From Gnetum montanum (lineage: Eukaryota; Plantae; Gnetophyta): a stretch of DNA of 64,000 bases. The DNA lies in contig MNCI01001077.1 in assembly GCA_015680685.1 (NCBI GenBank), forward strand, positions 129,627-193,626. The letters are read 5' to 3'. Shown here piece after piece: positions 39,921 to 53,676 of this stretch (within the stretch, counting starts at the first letter, position 1; each line of letters starts with the position of its first letter). The translations under genes and the position numbers were made by a program. The notes below the pieces were generated by a model. That model was not told the origin of the DNA, made no database searches, and saw nothing but the letters and a program-made list of their open reading frames with translations.

Positions 39921-41182
39921 CTCCAACATATACTCATTTTTTAATTTTATTTCTTATTCTAACAAAAGAAAAGAAAAAAAAAACTTTATTGGAATTTCAA
40001 CATAATAATTGATATGCAACAATCAAAAATGATATTAAATATATAAAATTTATTATTAATTTGGCTCTTAACTAAGGTGAAGGATAGAAAAGAAAATATT
40101 TCATATAATCAAAAAACAAATAATTTTTATGAAAAAATATAAAATATAATGCTACTAGGGATTGTTATAATGGACTTCTAAGTTAGCATGTGTCTTAACG
40201 TACCCAGGAGTATAAACATGTGATTTTTAAATCAAAAACAACATGCTCTAACCACGTTATTAGCAGAAACAAAAAGTAAGATCCTAGAGATAGTAAACCA
40301 GCACAAAAATAAGAAGTATTAATTCAGATAGATATTTTATGCAATAAAGAACATGCCAACAAAGTCTTCAAGCTCAAAAGACAATATAGATTAATCATTT
40401 TGAAGTAGAAAAAGATCATCTTAGGTGGAAGTTGCCTCTTTAAGGTTTACATCTATAAATAATCATTATGAAAGGTACAAATGGAACTCTACTAATCGAA
40501 AGTTCTTGTTCAACTATAATTAATTATTATGACTCTTGTGGTTAGTAAAGTTTGTCTAAGGAAAAAGCATAACATGGCTTTGTTGCCAAATGTAGCCTTT
40601 TGTTATGCATCTTAAAATCTACATTATCTATGATTTTAGCTAATATAAAAGTCACATTTATTATATTCTCTATAATAATTGCTGAGACAATTAAAAATTG
40701 AGAGTTTTACTATTCAAACTACAAAGGCTTATCTCATGTGGCACTTTTTGAAGTTGAAATATTTGGTGCTACAACTAGAAGCAATCTAATCTCTAGCATA
40801 AGACAAAGCTACGACATTGGTATGTTGCTTTGGTAACATAGATTTCAAGTCCAAAATGTATCACATGAAAGCATACTGGATCACTAACTACACATTCGCA
40901 TCTACCAAGTCAACAACTTTGACAACAACGATCTCCATTGAAGAAAAACATATAATAAAATAAAATGTCTCAACAAACTAAAAATGCTTATTCAAGAATA
41001 CTACAAACATATTATGGAAAAAATATAAAAATTTAAAAGGCACTTGAAACTTATACAAATAAATGATCTATAGAAACCTTAATAAGGAGCATAGCATACT
41101 ACAACTTAGAAGATGTATGTAATCTTGAGAAACATAGCATATTGCAACTTTAGAATATATACTTTATTTTCAATTTTAAGAC

Positions 41183-42037
41183 TAACAAGAGGCAAGGTAT
41201 TCCTATATTCAACCATACGAATATGAGCATCCATGCACGATCCAGTCGAATTCCAAGGACTAAGTGCTTATGCACCTTTATAGAACAAGGATGGGTTAGT
41301 CAATCATTGTCTTCCCAAGCTTACTTGTATGGAACGATTGTATGGTTAAGTAAACTTAAGGTATATGATTTTTATATATTTTTTATGTTTATGTCCTGGT
41401 GCTACAAAGGGAGAACTAAACTAATTAGGTAACTAATTCAATTTAACTAATCTACTATGCTCTAACAAGTCCTAACACCAACATCCATTCCCACTTTCCA
41501 TACACATCCTGAACCAATGCAACACTACTGGGATTACCAAAAAATAATCATTATGGGGTTACCAAGTGTTCCATGCATGCTTGAAGTGGTCATACTCAGT
41601 GTGCTTACTTGGGGGAGTTAACGAGGAGAAAGAGAGATAGAGAGAACATTAATTAACTAAGGAAAGCATTAAATAACTATAAATAACATTAAATAAGTGA
41701 TTCTGAATGCTGCAAGGTTTATCACAAAGTTTGTCTTTATTTTCAACCACAAGGTGTGCTCAAGTACATGATGCTTAAATAAAGATCTGTTCACTTTATC
41801 ACTTCTATTTCAGGCACTCAGAAATAATTCTAACTATAAGAACGGAAGATGGCTAGAGTTCAGGTAAGGGACTAAGACTAATTAACTAACTATTGCCAAA
41901 CCAGGTTTGCCCACCTCTTATTTATAGGCAACAAGATAGGTCCTGATATTGGATGTCCAATATCTCTTGGAAGGCTCTAATATCACGTACTCGATATCAC
42001 AGATGTGATACCGCAACCTTGATATCCCTACTCATCA
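41183..42037 (-). repeat. Athila B 3' LTR
   Basis: Repeat of 51007-51829; ends CTCATCA, start decayed to TAACAAG. Confidence 0.9.
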
Positions 42038-43906
42038 TACGCCCACAACTAAATGAAAACTTGTCCTCAATTTCCTTACAAAATACTAGGAAGGTATGAG
42101 ATTATTGACTAAATGAGAAATGACATTAATAGCAAATAATAGACTCAAAGTGCCTAGTGAACAGATCGATAAAAATATTACAACATTGGTGTTCACACCC
42201 ATTGTGGTGAACACTATACATAGATGACATCCAGACCCTCATTTAATAGCTTGAAGAGAAAGAGAGAGAGAAAAGAAAATGAGGCACGTTGTTTCCAATG
42301 TCAGAAATGTGCATTCCATTGTTCATCCATAGCCCCATAACCAAACATGTTCCTTGCATAAATGCTCTAGCTCCAATCCATCCTAAGTTCTTCCTCCTAT
42401 TCTAGTCCATTGTTCATGTAATCACCTCTGCACACACAACATAGTCATGAATTAACAAGGATAGATAAGCCATAATGCAATTGATACATTGCCTTGATAT
42501 AAGTGCATTGGATGAATTGTGGGTATGGTAGATACTAGGTTAGAGGTTTTTAATTGATAACTACCCAAGGTGTAGGCGTGAGATAGGTAATTGAATTCAG
42601 AAATTTGTGACAAGGCCCCCACAACTAAGAGCAAACCTCTGGTAGTGATAGGGTGGAAAAACTAAAGGAACAAAGAAGATGAGGAAAATGACAATGGAAA
42701 AAGTAATAAAATGGATGTCATGCATGGGGATGAAACAAGAAATGGTTGATTGCAAAGAATGTTTAAGGAAAAGAACTTAATAATTGCACCAAAAAGGAAT
42801 TCCAATGGGTCCTCCCCAAAGTAGGTCCATGCCTTTTATGCCCTGACAGACCCGCAAACCAAAGAGTCCATAGGCTCTTAGAATGACATATGGAAACAAT
42901 GGTTAAGAACTTACCCACAAGAGTTTACCGAAGACTAACAATGTGGCAACCAAGACATAGACTAATCATAAAACTAGCAATGAGGTGGAATATGGGAAGA
43001 AATATGGAAGGAGAGGAGGAAATGAAATGGAATCCCAAGAGCAAGGTTGTGTAAAGTCCCTTGTGTATTATGTGGTTAAGGTGATTGAATAAAATTCATC
43101 CCATGTTTGGACTCACCAACCACATCTAGTGACCTCGCATCAACACATTTGACCAACCCATCCTCATGAAGCAATAGGAATGCATCCATCAAGTCACCAC
43201 CATTCGAAGGAGAGAAAGATAGGGAAGTAGGAAGTGAGAAAGGGTCTTAGTTAGAGGGAACCTTCCGTCATGGGTAACTTGTCTTTTCAGTGCCATAACT
43301 AGTGTTTGTAGCCCATGTTTCTTTATTATGTCTAAGTGGTGTGCTCTGAATTTCCACTAATGTGAGAATCGCACCATGCAAAGACTTATTTAGATTCATT
43401 CAACTTCCAAATATTTGGTTAATAGTGGAATGGTATAAGGATCATGAAAAGTATCCAAGTACCCAAGAGAATAATCAGCACAAATGCATTGAATCCCCTT
43501 GAAGTCACACCCATTTCAATCCATTTGAATCTTTCCTTGGTTCGAAAAGTACTAAGCCACTAGTTCATTAATAAGTTTTTCCTAGAAAAGAGGGATAGTA
43601 CACTTCCAAACAGAGGGGAACCATAGAGTTCAATGGATGAATAGATGACATGGACTCATTGCCTATTTTATCAAAAGAAACCATATCTTAGTATCAACAT
43701 TGAAAATCAAAGGTAAAAACCAAACATTAACAATCAACATCATTATAGATAATCCACCATCATGAGCACTTATTGTATGATGAATGAAAGTAAATTAAAT
43801 AAAACAAGAATTGTAAAAATGGTAATGATGGTGTAAAATAAAAAATAAGTAAATATGAAAAAATTTGTAAAACAGAAATACAAAAGGAACTAAGGGTTGA
43901 GAATGA

Positions 43907-46900
43907 TTAGCATTGGTGACCCTCTTCCCCACGATTGAGTTTGAGGGAGGAGATTCGAAATAGCAAGCAAGGTTGTCCACCAATAAAGGTAGTATTGGTA
44001 TTGGTTGTTCTAGGCTCATGGAAAGGTTTGGTTTGTTGGATGTTGACCAAAAATTTCTTATCTGGGCTATTAGGTTTGTAAATCATCATGGCTCCTAAAG
44101 GAAAAGTTGCATGAATAATATAAGGTCCTTCCCACAGTATTTGAAATTTAGTGCATTGTGGCATGTGTGTGGGGTTCCAGTAAAGAACCTTATCTCCTAG
44201 TTGGTACTTAACTTTTCTAATTTTTAAGTCATGATGTCATTTATTAAAAGCCTTGTGTAATTCATTAGATGATAGGATGACTAATCGGTTCTCATCTAGC
44301 ATGTTAAACTTTATTAACTATTCTTTTTATGCTAGATTAAGGTCAAGGTTGAGATCACATGCCATAGATAGTGTATGGAGTTCTACTTAAATAGGAAGTG
44401 TTGGAAGTTTTCTATACACTAACTCATAGGGAGAGTAGCGTATAGGGAGCTTCCATGTAGAGTGGTATGCCCAAAGGGCATCATTCAGTTTGATGCTCTA
44501 ATCTTGCCTATATTTGCTAATCATTTTTGTCAATATTTTCATAATCTCCCTATTGGTTACTTCAGCTTGACCATTCGCTTGAGGGTGGTATGGTGTAGTC
44601 AATTCATGTTCAACTCATAAGCGTTGCATCAACTTTCAAAAAATTGAATGTGTAAAATGTGTACCATTATCCGAAATAAGTGAACAAGGCATACCAAACC
44701 TATTAATAATTTATTGTTGAACAAATCATGTAGCATTAGATGATGTATAGTCCATAACAACAACTACTTCTACCCATTTTGTAAAGTAGTCAATGGCAAT
44801 GATAATGTAAGCTTTTCCATTGGAAATTGGTGTAATAGGCCCCATAAAATCAATTCCCCATATGTCAAAGGATTCTAAAGGTTGAATCCATTGTTGTGGA
44901 CCTACCATCCTAGCAGTCATTCCCCCATCACATTGGTAGTGTTCACAAGATTGGATAAAATGATGAGCATCCCAGAACAATGTAGGCCAATAATATCCTA
45001 CAAGCAAGATTTTAATGGTTGTTCATCCCCTAGCATAATCACCCCCAAAAGGACCCTCATGAGAATCTTGAAGAACTCATAATTGATCTACATTGGGAAC
45101 ACGCCATCAGGCCAAGCCATTAGGACATACCTTATAAAGGTGTCTATTGATTTCCATGAAATATTTGGCTCAATGAAGAAACTGATGTTTCTTTTTAGTG
45201 TCTAACTCTTGTGGTGTTTCTTGTGTAAGGAGATAGGTAAGAATGCTGTTATACCAATTTATTCCCATGGTTAATTGATTATTTACTACACTTGAAAAGA
45301 GGAATTCATTAGGAAATTGATCAGAAAGTGGATATTCATCCTCTTTGTTGTCCTATCTTAACCAAGATAAATGATCAACAACAAAGTTCTAGGTGCCTTT
45401 ACGATCTATCATCGTAATATCAAACTCTTGTAGGATTATGAGCCATTGTATGATGTGAGGGCTCACCATTGGTTTATTCATCAAGAACTAAATTACACTA
45501 TGGTCTATGTGTACAAATACCTTATAGCCCAATACATAGTGCCTGAACTTATCTAGTGCAAACACCACAACCATTAATTCCTTTTTTGTTCTAGTGTAGT
45601 TGAGTTTTAATATTTGTTCAGCCAAGAAACCAAGATAAATGATCAGAAACAATACTTTAACTTGCACAGTGAATGTAATAGGGTCATTTTTTGTCATCTA
45701 ACTATGCAAGTATGACTCCTAAAGAAAATTTGGATGCGTTAGTAATTATATGGAATGGTCTGGACTAGTTAGGAGCTTGTAGAATAGGTGTTTTTACAAG
45801 CTTCTGTTTTAAAGTTTGAAAAGCTAACTCACATTCTCTAGTCTATTCAAAAGGTACAACCTTTTTTGTTAGTTTAACCAATGGTTTTATTGAAAAGTTC
45901 TCTATGAATCCTCTATAATAGCCAGTGTGTCCAAGGAATGATCATATGTCTTTTACAGTTTTAAGATGATGCATGATTGCTTGGTTGATGCATGATTCCT
46001 TGGATGATCTTATGCCCTAATACGATGCCTTCTTGGACCATTAAATGGATTTTTTGCTAGTTGAGCCTTAAATTGATTTCAACAGATTGTTTTAGTACTT
46101 ACTCTAATTGGTCCAACGCTTGATCAAAGTTCACTCCGTAGGTGAAGAAATTATACGTGAAGACTTCTACACCATTCCCTATTTGCTACTAAAATATACT
46201 TAGAACCAAGTGTTGAAATGTTGTAGGAGCATTGCACAAGCCAAACGACATCTATTTGTATGAAAATGTCCCCCAAGGACTTGTGAACATGGTCTTGGCT
46301 TGGTCTTCTGGTGCTATTTGGATTTGGTTGTATCCACTGTACCCATCCAAAAAGCTATAGTAGCGATTCCCTACAATGGTGTGTAAGACTTGGTCGATGA
46401 ATGGCAATGGAAAGTAGTCTTTGAATGTTTCCATGTTAGGTAGCCTAAAGTCTATACACACCCTCTATTTACCTCCCTTTTTTGGTATAATAACTAATAG
46501 ACTAACCCATTCACTATTAGCAATGGGGTAGATGAACCTAGCTTTTAGAAGCTATTCAATTTCTTCCTTATTCACTTGCTTAAGTTTTGGGTTCAATCGC
46601 CTTTGTAGTTGTCATCGAGGCTTCATGGAGGGGTCAATGTAAATTTTATGCTATCATATCCTAGGGTCTATTTCAGTTAATTTGAGATATGACCAAGAAA
46701 ATACTTTTGACCATTTTTTCACCATTTTTCGCAGCCTCTCTTTTTGTTGAGGATCAAGCTTAGCATTAATAATTACCGATTTTCCATTTTTGAGAAATGT
46801 GTACTCCATATCAGTGGGCAATGGTTTTAACTCTAGGGGCTCTTGCTTAAAGTTGTTAGGGATTTGCAACTTTCCCCAGTTGATATTTTCAATGTTGAGA

Positions 46901-48330
46901 CTTGGAAGTTGGTGATGGACTTGCTCTAATGTGTCTATGCTATCGATGTAAGTACAAGTCAAACCCTCAGTTGGTTCCATGCATATAGTTGAGTTTCTCT
47001 CTTGGTCAACTGTTAGCCACTAGGTGCTTCCTATCTTGTGGCTACCACATATAGGAACCTTTGTATGTGAGTTACTTATGCACACTACTTGCATGCATGT
47101 CATGTTAAACATTGTACGAACTAGGACTTCTGCATGAAATTACACCCTGTGTCACTGTACGCAATGCATGGAACTTTCTTCTTCTCAATCTTTTCAAACA
47201 TATTTTTCTTTGATATCTCTAGTAAAAGATCATGTATTCCTAGGCATACATCAATTGTGCTTAGCCATACTCTTCCCATTATGATAGGAAAGTCCCCCTT
47301 ATAGTTGTTGACTTGAATCACTAGGAAGTCAATTGGATACAACCATCCACAAATAGTGGTAACAATGTCCTCCACTAGTCCTAATGAGATAGTAATGGAT
47401 TGGTTGGCCAGCTCAAAATGAATGTTACTCTTTTTTAGTGGAGGTAGGTTCCAGGCTTTGTACATTTCTTAAGAAATTAAGTTGACACTAGAACCTAAAT
47501 CCAAAAGAGCCTTACAAGATTCAATCATATCAGTGGGAAATGGTTTTAACTCTAGGGGCTCTTGCTTAAAGTTGTCAAGGATTTGCAACTTTCCCCAGTT
47601 GATATTTTCAATGTTGAGACTTGGAAGTTGGTGATGGACTTGCTCTAATGTATCTATGCTATTGATGTAAGTATAAGTCAAACCCTCAGTTGGTTCCATG
47701 CATATAGTTGAGTTTCTCTCTTGGTCAACTGTTAGCCACTAGGTGCTTCCTATCTTGTGGCTACCACATATAGGCATCTTTGTATGTGAGTTACTTGTGC
47801 ACACTACGTGCATGCATGTCATGTTAAACCTTGTACGAACTAGGACTTTTGCATGCAATTACACCCTGTGTCACTGTACGCAATGCATGGAACTTTCTTC
47901 TTCTCAATATTTTCAAACATATATTTCTTTGATATCTCTAGGGAAAGATCATGTATTCCTAGGCATGCATCAATTGTGCTTAGCCATACTCTTCCCATTA
48001 TGATAGGAAAGTCCCCCTTATAGTTGTTGACTTGAATCACTAGGAAGTCAATTGGATACGACCATCCACAAATAGTGGTAACAATGTCCTCCACTAGTCT
48101 TAATGAGATAGTGATGGACTGGTTGGCTAGCTCTAAATGAATGTTACTCTTTTTTAGTGGAGGTCGGTTCTAGGCTTTGTACATTTCTTAAGAAATTAAG
48201 TTGACACTAGAACCTAAATCCAAAAGAACCTTACAAGATTCATTCCTAGTGATTTGTAAATATATAAGAGGACTCCTAGGATTGGAGAATTTCCTAGGAA
48301 GATGGACAACCTTAATCCAATTAGTAATGA
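43907..48330 (-). pseudogene. Athila B pol (PR x2, RT, RNase H, integrase)
   Basis: ALLDLGSSVNL; DYFPLPFIDQVL...FLDGYSGYNQI; NYTRTKKELMVVVFALDKFRHY; GYYWPTLF...WGIDFMGP; WEGPY. Confidence 0.95.
46807..48244. repeat. 719-bp tandem duplication spanning the protease
   Basis: 46807-47525 repeated at 47526-48244; ORF pairs 46654/47469 and 47121/47840. Confidence 0.95.
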
Positions 48331-48539
48331 CATGTGTCAATGTGACCGTGTGCATCAAATGTGGCGTTTGGTTTGAATGGAGTTCGGAAGTTTTGGATGA
48401 TGGTGAGGCCTTTGGAGAGTTAGCTGCTTGTGACTACAAGGACTTGGTTGGATTTTCTATCCTAAAGAAATGTCTCTTTTTTACATAGTTGTTTGAACCA
48501 ATAGTAGGATGAGGATTAATAGCCCTTGTAGTGTTACGT

Positions 48540-50560
48540 TGCTATGGCTGAGCAAGGAGCTCACTCTGCATGGATGGAGCAGGTGGTAATGGAGTTAAGG
48601 GTGAAAGAGATGTAGCCGAATAAGAAGGATAGTATGTTTGTGGAACATCACCACTAGGAAAAGGAGTTATATAATATTCATGGGCTTGGTAGCGAGGTTG
48701 GGGAGTGACGTGACTAGTAGAGTCACGTAGAGAGATTGGCTGCTGCATGTAGTATCCATACAAGTCAGGTTCATGGTAAGGGTACTACTGACATGGTGGT
48801 GGCATTCCCCATGATTGTAGGTGTTTCCACTATTGATACTGCTCATTTGGTTGTGGTGGAGTTCCACTTTGATAATACATGAAGGATTGGTGAAACTGCC
48901 TCAGGTTACCTTGGGGATAAGGTAACCTTCAGGGTGTTTGCCTTTTGTTTAATCATGGGTTGAGTGCATACACCCCAGACTCATGCAGATGTGAGATTAC
49001 AAGGAAACATCCCTTAGGATGGTCATATTGGCATATCTCACATCCACCATCATTTTCTGTATCTGAATCCACAACCTCTTTGATAATGACAAAATTTTCC
49101 TTACCTTTGTTACATGCATATTCAACTTCTCTCTTTTTTCTCCTAGATCACTACCTTCCTCTCTAGACTCCTCTAATATTTTGAGAACTATTTGAAATCT
49201 ATTATCTAGGGAGTCCCACATTTGATCCACCATTCCTGATACTTCTAATGCAAGTTTTTGAATGGGCAAGGTTTTTCTATTCACCATCTCTTCAAGCGGT
49301 GACTCTTCTTCATCTTCACAAAATCTAACTTCCTTCTTTCAGAGTGAAGGATCTCTGATATATTCTTCCACACTCTCTCTTTTCCTTAACTCACTTCCTC
49401 TTTAGTAAATTGCTTCAACAATATTTGTACTTGATGGGCCCTAAGCTTAGATAGCCTTCCTTGGGCATAAGTCCCTAGGGTACTTTGTGTTTCGTGCCTA
49501 AGCCCATCTACGAGGTGGCATAATTGTTCCATTTACAAGTAGCCATGGCCTAGGAAATGATGTAATAGTGCATAATCTTGGCCCATGATAGCATCCAAGG
49601 GTTCGTGTCCTCCTTGTTTCTATCCTTGAATTTTATTTCATAGGTTGGACACTTGTGAGTACATCTGATACTTATCGTTGAATAGTTCTAACATGGTACT
49701 CCATCGACAAATGGATTTTGGTTCTAAGGACCAGTACCAACTTTCTACTTCCTTGATCAGTGTCTGTGGAAATGACTTGAGTTTTTGCGACTCGTTTTCT
49801 ATGTTTTGCAAGGCACATGCATCATGAAATGCTTACAAATGATTTTGAGGATCAATGTTGTATCCCCCTTCAAATTATGGGATATTATTCATGTCTAATC
49901 TTTTGATTCTACTATCTTTTTGGTACCTTGTTGGGATTCTAACAGCCTTAGTTATATCTAGAATACTTCAGGTAGCAAGTAGGGGTTCATCGTGATTGTA
50001 TTGTCTATGGCATCTATGATTCCTATGTTGTTCCCTACTCTCCCTCCTTTCATGATGAGTTTCTCTAGAATTCCCTCGTCCCTTTTCTCGGCTACTTTGT
50101 CTATGATTCCTATTTCACTTACCATTATCCTCAAGGCCTTTTTCCTTGTGACTGCATCCAGATCCTAAAGGAGAGGGTGAAGGAGATAATGAAGGTGAAG
50201 AAGAAGGAGAACCATCACCATGATGATGCCTGCTTCCTTCTCTCTGATGGTCGTAGCTTTGATCGTAGTTACGATCAAAATGTCCATCTTTGTCATGTGT
50301 TTGTGTTCCTTTTTCAAACCCTTTGCATCTATTGGTACTAGAATCCAGGTTATGGATAGCTGAGTGAAGATTCTAATATACCACCCCTTGACCGAAGTCA
50401 ATGGGAGGAACATCATTGTGTGGGAGACTTCCTAAGGTAGGTTCACCACCTTCATTTTCACCTGAGGCATACAGGACATTCTGAGACAACTTCGCCTTCA
50501 TGGATTCATAATGTCTCTCTTGTTGTAGATTCATTTGATGTTGTGCCTTTGTGGATTAAG
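48540..50560 (-). pseudogene. Athila B gag
   Basis: Gag core ~49500-49900 homologous to A 13019-13500; knuckle CEICQYDHPKGC at ~49010-49045. Confidence 0.8.
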
Positions 50561-51006
50561 ACTTTCTTGAGTCATGATCATGCACAACATACTTTTCCTA
50601 TAAGTGCTGCATACCAATTCATGTGAGAGCACGAAGGAGCATGCTTGGGACTAAGGAATCAAGAGGTAACTATGTTACCTTCTAAATCATGCCAATGTAG
50701 TTGTTCATCCTAATGGAGGATAAAGGTAAAGTTTGGTATATACTCATTGGAATGAATGTATACCACACAAAACTGTTGGGGGACTAGTGGATCATCATGT
50801 GTACTACACCTCCAGTTGTTTTCTATATCGGGCCTAGGTGATGAAACACTCTTGTAAGAAGGAGACATAATTGTCTATTCAGTGTGCAATACTTTTCATT
50901 TCAATAATTGTAAGATAGCCAACCCTAAGTGTTCGTTTCAATCATGGGAAGATTTCCTAAGTTCTAGCTAGCACACAAACAACAAAGTCCCTGGAAATGG
51001 CTCCAA

Positions 51007-51443
51007 TGATGAGCAATGAGGTATCCCTATGCTCAACCATATGAATACGAGCATCCACGCACGATCAGGTTGAATTCCAAGGACTAAGTGCTTATGCGCC
51101 TTTACAGAATAAGGATGGGTTAGTCAATCATTATCTTCCCAAGCTTACTTATATGGCACGATTGTATGGTTAAGTAAACTTAAAGTATATGATTTTTATA
51201 TATTTTTTATGTTTATGTCTTGGTGCTACAAAGGGAGAAGTGAACTAATTAACTAATTCAATTTAACTAATCTACTATGCTCTAACTAGTCCTAACACTA
51301 GTATCCATTCCCACTTTCCGTACACATCCTGAACCAATGCAACACTACTAGGATTACCAAACGCTAATCGTTACTAGGTTACCAATTGTTCCACGCATGC
51401 TTGAAGTGGTCGTATTGAGTGTGCTTACTTGGGGGAGTTAACA

Positions 51444-51481
<38 letters not shown>

Positions 51482-51829
51482 ATTAATTAACTACGGTAAT
51501 CATTAAATAACAAAAAATAACATTAAATAAGCAATTTTGAATGCTGCAAGGTTTATCACAAAGTTTGTCTTTATTTTTGACCACAAGGTGTGCTCAGGAA
51601 CACAATGCTCAAATAAAGATTCGTTCACTTTATGACTCCTACTGCAGGCACTTAGAAATACTTTTAACTTTGAGAAGGAAGAAAGGCAAGAGTTTGGATA
51701 AGGGAGTAAGACTAATTAACTAACTATTGCCAAACCAAGTGAGCTTGCCTCTTATTTATAGACAAAAACACATGCCTCGATATCAGATGTTCGATATCAC
51801 TTGGAAAGTTCCAATATCGTGGCTCATCA
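51007..51829 (-). repeat. Athila B 5' LTR, with (GA)17 at 51446-51479
   Basis: TGATGAG...CTCATCA; microsatellite longer and purer than in the 3' LTR. Confidence 0.95.
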
Positions 51830-53676
51830 AAGACTATGTCAATAATCTATGTGGTATAATGTTAGGATGAAATATCATGGCCTTCTTATGTTACTGTTCT
51901 TATAGCATTTTTAGTTAAACTTATGAAAACAAAATAAAACAAAGATAATAACCTAACTAATCTTAAATAGTTAATTGAATTTTTTTCTTAACATATATTT
52001 AAAATTTACATGAGCAGAGTAATGCATAAGATAGTATTTTCATGTTTATTAGAAAATCAAAAATACAAGAAATCTTTGACTAGTTTCTTTAATATTATTT
52101 TGAAACTTGTAATTACACCTTTTTACCTTTATTTTTAGTTAACTTTATATTATCTTTTCTGCTAGAAAAATGTAAATAATAGTTAAAGTATATGCAATGT
52201 AAGATTTTATACTCCTTTCTCCATGGTCATTGTTTTAAGAACAAAGATAAAAGCCAAGTATAATACTTTGTCATCCCCATGAGCTTCAATGTTGAAACAA
52301 GCTACATGTAATACTTAAAAAGGACCATCAGTCAGAGGTTCACTATGTAAGCTTCACTATGTAAGCTGCTAGAGACTCAAGATGGTTAGTAGATAAATAC
52401 CGAACTTCTTTTAAAGTAACCACCTCAAATTCAAACAAACTCATGTCAAAAAAACCCAAGCCTTCTCACATAAGAAACAAGCACCTTACCAACAGTCCTA
52501 ATGATGGCCTCTACAAGTGTAGTACTTAAATTCATTTTTTAAAGAATAAAGATGAAATAAAGAAATAAATAATGTGATTTAACTATGCCTTTCAATGGTC
52601 AAGCTAGGATATACAATCAGGAAAAGGGAAAATGATCTACAGCCAGGGTTGATGACAAGACATCAAGCATGCATGCAATTTCACAAAAATTCATGGTAGA
52701 TTAATCCAGTAAAAAACGGGCCATAAATGGAAGCTGCCAAAACATGGGCAACGATTTAGGTCAGAAGCATCACATATTATTTTCAGATTCATTTGTTACG
52801 TAGCAGATATTATTCTCATAAGCGTCAGAAGAAATTTGCCTAACAAAATCACAATCATGAATTATTCCATCAGCCTAGCATATTCAGCATAACTTAATGA
52901 AACAGCTAACATATCTAAGTTAAAAGATAACAAACAATATTGCTCAAAAACACCTAAAGCCAACAAGAGGCTATTTCATTTCACTCAACTACTAATTCTC
53001 CAGCGGGACTTCACTTGACAAGATGAGCATTGTAGCTGTAGGTGATTATCTTTACTAGTTATTTTATTAGTGCTGATGGACTGTCTCGTTGGAAATAATA
53101 AAATGCCTCAATGACACTGAAAAGAAATGTTAAAGGAGATAAGCTGGGAAAAAATTCAGGGCTCTAATATCAATGCAAAATCTTGAAATATTACTGTCCT
53201 CGTATCAGCAAGAGCAGATATTAAGGTTGCAGAGGTAATAGTAGAAAACACTGCATTTCAAATGAAACAGATAAAAAGTTAGCTGCAACATCAAGAAATC
53301 CATGAGTCCTCATAATTTGCTAAAAGTTGAAAATGAAAATAGTGTTGACGCTTGCATAAGAGCACAAAACTAGAAAACATGACTTGCCAAGATTGCAAGC
53401 AAGGAAATGATATAGGATTTATATTCTAATCACAGAACTACAATTCAGATAATTACCTTGAGCGGATTCACATGAATTTGTGAGCAATATTTACATCATT
53501 AACACTGAAGGTAGGTAATAAGTAGCATGATAGCCAAAGGCTTAAACCTATGCATAATATGAATAACATCATGTATGAGGCTGGATAAGCATTGAATTTT
53601 AAATAAGCATAGTGTGGATTTGACATTACGCAACGACAGCACCGGTAAGTGTTCCTCAAAGCATGCTTTCACTAAA

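Larger units (their letters stand above)
41183..51829 (-). mobile_element. Athila-type LTR retrotransposon B (gag-pol, no env-like ORF)
   Basis: Two LTRs; perfect TSD AAGAC (41178-41182 and 51830-51834); PBS TGGAGCCATTTCCAGGGA at 50988-51005. Confidence 0.95.

Noticed and set aside
40300-40960. Possible decayed coding fragment between T3 and Athila B
   Set aside because: Short, stop-ridden, no recognisable family
52339-52366. 14-bp tandem duplication ttcactatgtaagc x2 as a transposon footprint
   Set aside because: Indistinguishable from simple slippage
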